A stretch of 64,000 bases of DNA from Kofleriaceae bacterium (GTDB lineage: Bacteria > Myxococcota_A > Polyangia > Haliangiales > Haliangiaceae). The stretch lies in the NCBI GenBank assembly GCA_046597055.1, contig JBKJLC010000202.1, positions 1 to 64,000 on the forward strand, in the 5' to 3' direction. Position numbers and translations under genes: made by a program. Positions 58,325 through 64,000 of the stretch are shown here, piece by piece (the first letter of the stretch is position 1; every line of letters starts with the position of its first letter). The notes under the pieces are model-generated. The model saw nothing but the letters and a program-made list of their open reading frames with translations, did not search any database and had not been told where the DNA came from.

Positions 58325-59121
58325 ACCGCGATCGGGAACTTGATGAACGGGTGGTGCTGGTAGCCGTCGAGGCGGATGTCGTCGAAGCCGAGCTCGAGCA
58401 GCGGCTTGTCGGCGAGGTGCAGGGTCGGCAGCGGGAACGGCTCGCGCTCGAGCTGCTGCTTCACGCCCTCGACGTGATTGAGATAGATGTGGGCGTCGCC
58501 GAGCGTGTGGACCAGGTGGCGCGGCCGCTTCCCGGTCTCCTGCGCGACCATCGCGAGCAGGAGCGCGTAGCTGGCGATGTTGAACGGCACGCCCAGGGCG
58601 AGATCGGCCGAGCGCTGGTAGAGCTGCACGTCGAGCCAGTCGCCGGCGACATAGAACTGGAACAGCGCGTGGCACGGCGGCAGCTTCATCTTCGGCACGT
58701 CGGCGACGTTCCACGCCGACACGATCAGGCGGCGCGAGGTCGGGTCGCGCCGGATCGACTCGATCACCTCGCGGATCTGATCGATGCCGGTGCCGGGCGG
58801 CGCGCCGGGGGCCGCGCCCCAGTTGCGCCACTGGAAGCCGTAGATCGGACCCAGCTCGCCGTCGGCATCCGCCCACGCGTCCCAGATCGGCGTGTGCTCG
58901 GTCAGCCCGTCGTTGATGTTGGTCGCGCCGCGCAGGAACCAGAGCAGCTCGCGCACGACCGCGGGGAACAGGACCTTCTTGGTCGTGACGATCGGGAACC
59001 CGGCCCGCAGATCGTAGCGAGCCTGAGCGCCGAACACCGACAGCGTGCCGGTGCCGGTGCGGTCGATCCGACGCTCGCCGTCGGCGAGCACCAGGCGCAG
59101 CAGGTCGAGGTAGGGCCGCAT
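58321..59121 (-). CDS. thyA: Thymidylate synthase
   Basis: [54 protein letters not shown]. Confidence 0.98.
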   Translation of the reverse strand: MRPYLDLLRLVLADGERRIDRTGTGTLSVFGAQARYDLRAGFPIVTTKKVLFPAVVRELLWFLRGATNINDGLTEHTPIWDAWADADGELGPIYGFQWRNWGAAPGAPPGTGIDQIREVIESIRRDPTSRRLIVSAWNVADVPKMKLPPCHALFQFYVAGDWLDVQLYQRSADLALGVPFNIASYALLLAMVAQETGKRPRHLVHTLGDAHIYLNHVEGVKQQLEREPFPLPTLHLADKPLLELGFDDIRLDGYQHHPFIKFPIAV

Positions 59122-59162
59122 CGCGCCTCGTATACCACCGGCGCTGTGATAGGTCTCCCGCG

Positions 59163-59999
59163 ATGTTCCCGACCGCGGTCCGCTTCACCGAGCTGGTCGA
59201 ACGCTACGACGCCTTTCTGTTCGATGCCTACGGCGTGCTCGTGGATGCCGGCGGCCCCTGCCCGGGCGCGGCCGCCGCGCTGGCCGCGGTGCGCGCCGCC
59301 GGCAAACCGCTGCTGGTGGTGAGCAACGACGCGTCGCGCCTGCCGGCCACCGCCGAGGCCCGGTTCGCCCGGGTCGGGCTGCCGATCGCGGCCGACGAGA
59401 TCGTGCTGTCGAGCGGCCTGATCGCCGCCGACGTGGCGGAGCACGGGCTCACCGGCGCGGTCGCGATGGTGCTCGGCACCCCCGACGCGCGCGCGGCCGC
59501 GACCGCCGCCGGCCTCGTGGTGGTGCGGCCCGACGACGCCGCCGCGATCGACCTGCTGCTGGTGTGCGATGACAGCGGCTTCGAGTTCCTCGCCGGCATG
59601 AACGCGGCGCTCACGGCGTGTGTACGCGCACTCGATGCCGGCCGCGCGCTCACGCTGGTGTGCCCCAACCCCGATCTGGTCTACCCGCGCGGCGGCGGCG
59701 CCCTCGGCTTCACCGCTGGCTCGATGGCGATGATCCTCGAGGCCGCGCTGGTCCGCCGCGACCCCGGCGCGCCGCGCTTCCGCTACCTCGGCAAGCCGCA
59801 CCCGCCGATCTTCGCCGAGGCGCGTCGGCGCGTGCCCGGCGCGACCCGGCTGCTGATGGTGGGCGATCAGCTCGAGACCGACATCGCCGGCGCCCGCGCG
59901 GCCGGGATCGACGCCGCGCTGGTCACCGGCATCTCGCGCTGGCGCGTCGGCGCGACCGCGCCCGACCTGGCGCCGCACTGGCTGCTCGACTGGCTGTGA
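59163..59999 (+). CDS. HAD-superfamily subfamily IIA hydrolase
   Basis: [32 protein letters not shown]. Confidence 0.92.
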   Translation: MFPTAVRFTELVERYDAFLFDAYGVLVDAGGPCPGAAAALAAVRAAGKPLLVVSNDASRLPATAEARFARVGLPIAADEIVLSSGLIAADVAEHGLTGAVAMVLGTPDARAAATAAGLVVVRPDDAAAIDLLLVCDDSGFEFLAGMNAALTACVRALDAGRALTLVCPNPDLVYPRGGGALGFTAGSMAMILEAALVRRDPGAPRFRYLGKPHPPIFAEARRRVPGATRLLMVGDQLETDIAGARAAGIDAALVTGISRWRVGATAPDLAPHWLLDWL

Positions 60000-60071
60000 G
60001 CAGAACGGCGAGTCACGGCAGATTCGGTCACGAGGGAAGGCGCCGCCGTGCGCTCCCGTATCATGGGGACG

Positions 60072-61877
60072 ATGCCCTTCGACAGACGTACGTCCACCGG
60101 CACGGGTGACACGGGTGGCGCGCGCTTCGAGGGCGGCGCCGGCAAGCGCACGCTGACCGAGCGTCTCCAGCCCCGCCTGCGGGTCGGCGCCTCCTCCGAC
60201 GTCCACGAGCAGGCCGCCGACAGCGCGGCCGAGCGGGTGACCAGCGTGCTCCACGGTGGCGAGGCGGCACCGGCGGCGCCGCTGGCGATCGGCTCGGTCG
60301 GGGCCGGCGAGGCCCAGGGCAAGGACGCCGATGCGGGCGAGGCGCCGGCCAGCGTTGAAGCCGCGACCAGCGGCGGCGGCGGCAACCCGCTCGACCCGAC
60401 CACCCAGAGCCGGATGGAGGGCGCCTTCGGCGGCCACGACTTCTCGAGCGTGCGCGTGCACACCGACGGTGGCGCCGCCGCGTCGGCGGCCGACATCGGC
60501 GCCAGCGCCTACGCGGTCGGGCAAGACCTCTTCTTCGGCGATGGCGCGTACCAGCCCGGCAGCGCCGCGGGTGATGGCCTCCTCGCGCACGAGCTGACTC
60601 ACACCGTCCAGCAGGGCCACGGCGGCGCCGCCCAGCGCCGGGTGGTGCAGCGCGGTGGCCCCGGCGATCCGCCGGCGGTGGCCCCGGCCGGCCCGACCGC
60701 CACGCCCGGCGAGGACCCGGTCGACAACGAAGGCAACCACTACCGCACGGTCGGCGGCAAGACCCACATCACCGCGGCGCCGGTGCAGGCGGTGCCCGGC
60801 CACAGCGGCAAGTTCGAGGCGCTGCCGGCCAACCCGCTCGCGACGTTCAACGCGCTCATGGCCCAGGTCGAGGCGGCCAAGGTCACGCAGCTCGCGACCG
60901 CCGACGGCTTCGCCGGCGGGCGGGTGCCGCCGGCCGACTACAAGTACTGGTTCGCCAAGGTCTACTACTACGTCACCGAGCACGAGCTCGCCGCGATCCG
61001 CGCCGGCACCTACCAGTACCCGATGATGAAGGCGCAGGAGGTGATCTGGTTCAACAACGCCTACATGGCCAATGTCCACCGCTGGGCGTCGGGCGCGCAG
61101 GCCGAGTGCGAGCCGCACTGGCGGCAGGCGTTCACCAACGCCGAGAGCCAGGCGTCGACCGAGGTCGACACGCTCACGCCGCTGATCGGCCAGGGCGTCG
61201 GCGGTGGCGTCGGGCTCGCCGGCGGCGCCGCCGCCGGGGCCCTGATCGGCACGTTCGTGTTCCCCGGGATCGGGACCGCGCTTGGCGCCGGGCTCGGCGC
61301 GCTCGGCGGTGCCCTGACCGGCATGATGGCGGGCGCGCCGGCGGCCAACTCGCTGTCGGAGGGTGCGCGCCGGGTGATGGCGGCGCTGCTGCCGTCGATG
61401 CAGGCGCACATCCGCTTCGATCTCCCGCGCGCGATCGCAGGCTGCTTCCAGTCGTACTACGCGGGCCTGCCCAGCATCGGGCTCGGCGACTTCCACCCCG
61501 ACTTCGACGCGATGGGCCCGGTGTTCGATCAGGCGCAGACCAGCCTCAATCCCGAGATCGCCGCCGCCACCGGCGTGCCGGCCTCGGTGCTGACCCAGGC
61601 CGCGACCCACGCCTTCCCGGCCTACTTCGACGTCGCCGCCGAGCGCCAGACCACGTGGACGAAGTCGGCCGAGCTGGTCGCCGCGCACACGGCGGGCGCG
61701 ACCAACCAGGCGTCCGAAGATCGGATGCGCGCGGTCACCGGCGCCGGCTCGCCGGTCTCAGGCGCGAGCGCCTACCAGGTTGACGGGCATGACATCTCCG
61801 GGTTCGACTGGGGCATCAACCCCGGCACCGCCCCGCCGCAGACCATGCCCACGCCCCCCGCGGGTGGAGGTAACTGA
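60072..61877 (+). CDS. DUF4157 (eCIS-core) protein with DUF5995-like C-terminal domain
   Basis: FGGHDFSSVRVHTD..ASAYAVG..LLAHELTHTVQQ. C-terminal FAKVYYYVT...HWRQAF...QAHIRFDLPRAI. Confidence 0.85.
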   Translation: MPFDRRTSTGTGDTGGARFEGGAGKRTLTERLQPRLRVGASSDVHEQAADSAAERVTSVLHGGEAAPAAPLAIGSVGAGEAQGKDADAGEAPASVEAATSGGGGNPLDPTTQSRMEGAFGGHDFSSVRVHTDGGAAASAADIGASAYAVGQDLFFGDGAYQPGSAAGDGLLAHELTHTVQQGHGGAAQRRVVQRGGPGDPPAVAPAGPTATPGEDPVDNEGNHYRTVGGKTHITAAPVQAVPGHSGKFEALPANPLATFNALMAQVEAAKVTQLATADGFAGGRVPPADYKYWFAKVYYYVTEHELAAIRAGTYQYPMMKAQEVIWFNNAYMANVHRWASGAQAECEPHWRQAFTNAESQASTEVDTLTPLIGQGVGGGVGLAGGAAAGALIGTFVFPGIGTALGAGLGALGGALTGMMAGAPAANSLSEGARRVMAALLPSMQAHIRFDLPRAIAGCFQSYYAGLPSIGLGDFHPDFDAMGPVFDQAQTSLNPEIAAATGVPASVLTQAATHAFPAYFDVAAERQTTWTKSAELVAAHTAGATNQASEDRMRAVTGAGSPVSGASAYQVDGHDISGFDWGINPGTAPPQTMPTPPAGGGN

Positions 61878-62374
61878 TGAACCCGACCACCGAGCCCCCC
61901 GCCGCGATCAAGCAGTTCGTCCTCGCCGGCGGTCAGATGGACGTCGACACCATGTTCGGCCTGGTCGACTGGCTCATGACCCACGCGCCCGACTGGGCGC
62001 GCAGCCTCGACAGCCCGGCGCTGCCGGCCGACCGCGCCGAGGCCCTGGCCGACGCGGGCATCAAGGAGCTCGAGCACGTCACGCTGCCGATGGTGCGCAA
62101 TCGCCTGACCGAGATGACGCTGGCGCTCGGGGCCGGCGGTCAGGTCCGGCCCGCCACCGACGACGAGCGCGCCAAGGTGCTGGCCGCGGTCCAGGTGCCG
62201 GCGGTCAGCCGCGCGTTCCCGACCCGGGTCACCAATCGCCTCGAGGTCTGGCGCGGCCGCGCCCAGCAGGCGTCGGGGCCGTGGTGCGCGACCGCCGACG
62301 GCAAGACGTTCTGGCTGGTGCTGAACCCCGACCAGGATCGCGTGATCCTCGTGAAGTCCGGGGCGGTCCGATGA
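61877..62374 (+). CDS. Hypothetical protein, candidate immunity protein
   Basis: TGATG coupling and GGAGG RBS. 165-aa soluble protein directly after the DUF4157 gene. Confidence 0.75.
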   Translation: MNPTTEPPAAIKQFVLAGGQMDVDTMFGLVDWLMTHAPDWARSLDSPALPADRAEALADAGIKELEHVTLPMVRNRLTEMTLALGAGGQVRPATDDERAKVLAAVQVPAVSRAFPTRVTNRLEVWRGRAQQASGPWCATADGKTFWLVLNPDQDRVILVKSGAVR

Positions 62375-62393
62375 CACCCGGGGAGGAGCGCTC

Positions 62394-63971
62394 ATGAGCA
62401 ACCGCGAAGGCCGATCGGAGCCCGGGTCCACCACCGGCGAGGCCGCGAGCAGCGGCGGCGGCGCGCCCGGCAAGCGAACCCTCACCCAGTCGGTCCAGCG
62501 CAAGGCCGGTGGCGCTCCGGCCGCCGCCGGTCCTGCCGGTGGCGAGGCCGCGAGTGGCGCGGCCGGGCCCGGCCCCGACGTGGCCGCGGCCAAGGCGGCC
62601 GCGATCGTCGAGCGCGCGATGGCGCGCAAGCGCGCGCAGCAGGGCGGCGCCGATCCGGCGGCCGCCGCCGGCGAGGCCCCGGCCGGCGAGGGGGCCAGCG
62701 GCGACAGCGCCGCCTCGGGTGGGCCGGTCCAGATGGACGGGGACGGCGCGCGCGCGGACCCCGACACCATCCACGCCGCCGCGGCCGATGGCGTCGGCGG
62801 CGCCGCCGGTCGCCTGCCGTTCGCCGACGCGATCCAGCAGTCGTTCGGCGGCCACGACGTGTCGGGCGTACGCGCGCACGTGGGCGGCGCCGCCGCCGAG
62901 GCCTGCGCGACCATGGGCGCGTCGGCGTACGCGAGCGGCAGCGACGTCGCGTTCGCGTCGAGCCCCGATCTCCACACCGCGGCCCACGAGGCCGCCCACG
63001 TCGTGCAGCAGCGCGGCGGCGTCCACCTCTACGGCGGCGTCGGTGAGACCGGCGACGTCTACGAGCGCAACGCCGATGCAGTCGCCGACCGCGTGGTCGC
63101 CGGCGCCTCGGCCGACGACCTGCTCACGCCGTTCGCGGGCGGCGCCAGCACCCCGGCGGTGCAGCGCAGCGCGGTGCCCGCCGCCAGCGCGACCCCCATG
63201 GAAGGCCCCGGCGCCACCGGCGGCGGCGCGACCACGGCCGCGGCGGGCGGCACCGGCACCAGCCACTACGTCGTCGAGCTGAAGGCGTGGATCCCGCACG
63301 ACAAGGTGGTCGACCCCGAGGAGCCGGCCCGCGCCAGCGACTGGCTCGACTCGATCAGCGGCGTCGTCGACAGCGTGCTCGACTCGATGCCGTTCTCGGC
63401 GGTCGGCCCGCGGCTCAAGTACGACTTCCACTCGTACTACCGGGGCGACAACCACGCCGGCTACGACGGCGGGCACCGCGTGATCTCGAAGGCGGAGTTC
63501 GACTTCGACGGCACCACCGTCAGCAGCTTCAAGCACACCGGCAACGCCCACGCGAGCCACCGCGACTACGACTACCGGGCGTGGATCGAGTTCCTCTACG
63601 GCCTGGCGTCGATCGAGGTCACCAGCGGCGCGGGCTCCGAGAGCGCCACTGCCGGCGGCAGCTGGTCGGGCGCGACCGCGGGCCCCAACAGCTTCGACCT
63701 CGGGTTCGCCAGCGCCAACCCGCTGGTGATGACGTGGGCGCCCGACATCGACTCCACCGGCCACGGCACCCTCGGCAGCGGCCTGACCTTCAGCTACAAC
63801 ACCGACCTGTTCCCGAGCCACGGCGTCCGCGTCTACAAGAACGGCAGCGCGGTCGAGACGAAGGTGGTCAACGACGCATCCGGCGTCAACGGGCTGGGCC
63901 CGATCGGCGCTGCGCTGATCGGCCACCGGCTCACGTCTCAGACCAACGCTGGCTCGATCACGGTGCCGTGA
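62394..63971 (+). CDS. DUF4157 protein with a different (DUF3238-like) C-terminal domain
   Basis: [42 protein letters not shown]-terminal KAWIP..RGDN...APDID...DLFPSHG. Confidence 0.85.
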   Translation: MSNREGRSEPGSTTGEAASSGGGAPGKRTLTQSVQRKAGGAPAAAGPAGGEAASGAAGPGPDVAAAKAAAIVERAMARKRAQQGGADPAAAAGEAPAGEGASGDSAASGGPVQMDGDGARADPDTIHAAAADGVGGAAGRLPFADAIQQSFGGHDVSGVRAHVGGAAAEACATMGASAYASGSDVAFASSPDLHTAAHEAAHVVQQRGGVHLYGGVGETGDVYERNADAVADRVVAGASADDLLTPFAGGASTPAVQRSAVPAASATPMEGPGATGGGATTAAAGGTGTSHYVVELKAWIPHDKVVDPEEPARASDWLDSISGVVDSVLDSMPFSAVGPRLKYDFHSYYRGDNHAGYDGGHRVISKAEFDFDGTTVSSFKHTGNAHASHRDYDYRAWIEFLYGLASIEVTSGAGSESATAGGSWSGATAGPNSFDLGFASANPLVMTWAPDIDSTGHGTLGSGLTFSYNTDLFPSHGVRVYKNGSAVETKVVNDASGVNGLGPIGAALIGHRLTSQTNAGSITVP

Positions 63972-64000
63972 CCGACCAGTCGGGCGGCTCGCCGGCCGGC
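63968..64000 (+). CDS. Start of a coupled downstream gene (possible second immunity gene), truncated by the window
   Basis: GTGA overlap with the preceding stop. Open frame [11 protein letters not shown] to the window end. Confidence 0.35.
   Translation, partial: MTDQSGGSPAG

Overview
Very GC-rich bacterial DNA, most likely Myxococcota. This is inferred from a Myxococcus-type Cys-rich repeat, many Cys-rich lipoproteins, a membrane Ser/Thr kinase, PilY1 and DUF4157 proteins. The window holds about 45 genes, mostly for the cell envelope: a Tat-type M1 aminopeptidase, a full MoxR-DUF58-BatA/B/C/D(E) operon, a damaged polyamine cluster, ndh, an orphan PilY1-like adhesin, alpha-2-macroglobulin, an iota-class carbonic anhydrase, a POTRA-less Omp85, an OPT transporter, a vWA lipoprotein, tamAB, folA and thyA. 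The most promising uncharacterised systems are (1) a tandem DUF4157 effector/immunity-like array with a shared GKRTLT leader at 60-64 kb and (2) a three-gene ExbB + ExbD + Asp-less ExbD-like motor operon at 55.9-57.5 kb. The window also shows several deletion scars (speD::speE, moaD::BNR, two truncated remnants) and many TANNNT boxes 5-8 nt before start codons, suggesting leaderless mRNAs. No rRNA, tRNA, CRISPR array, transposase or integrase was recognised. All family assignments come from motif recognition by eye, not from database searches.
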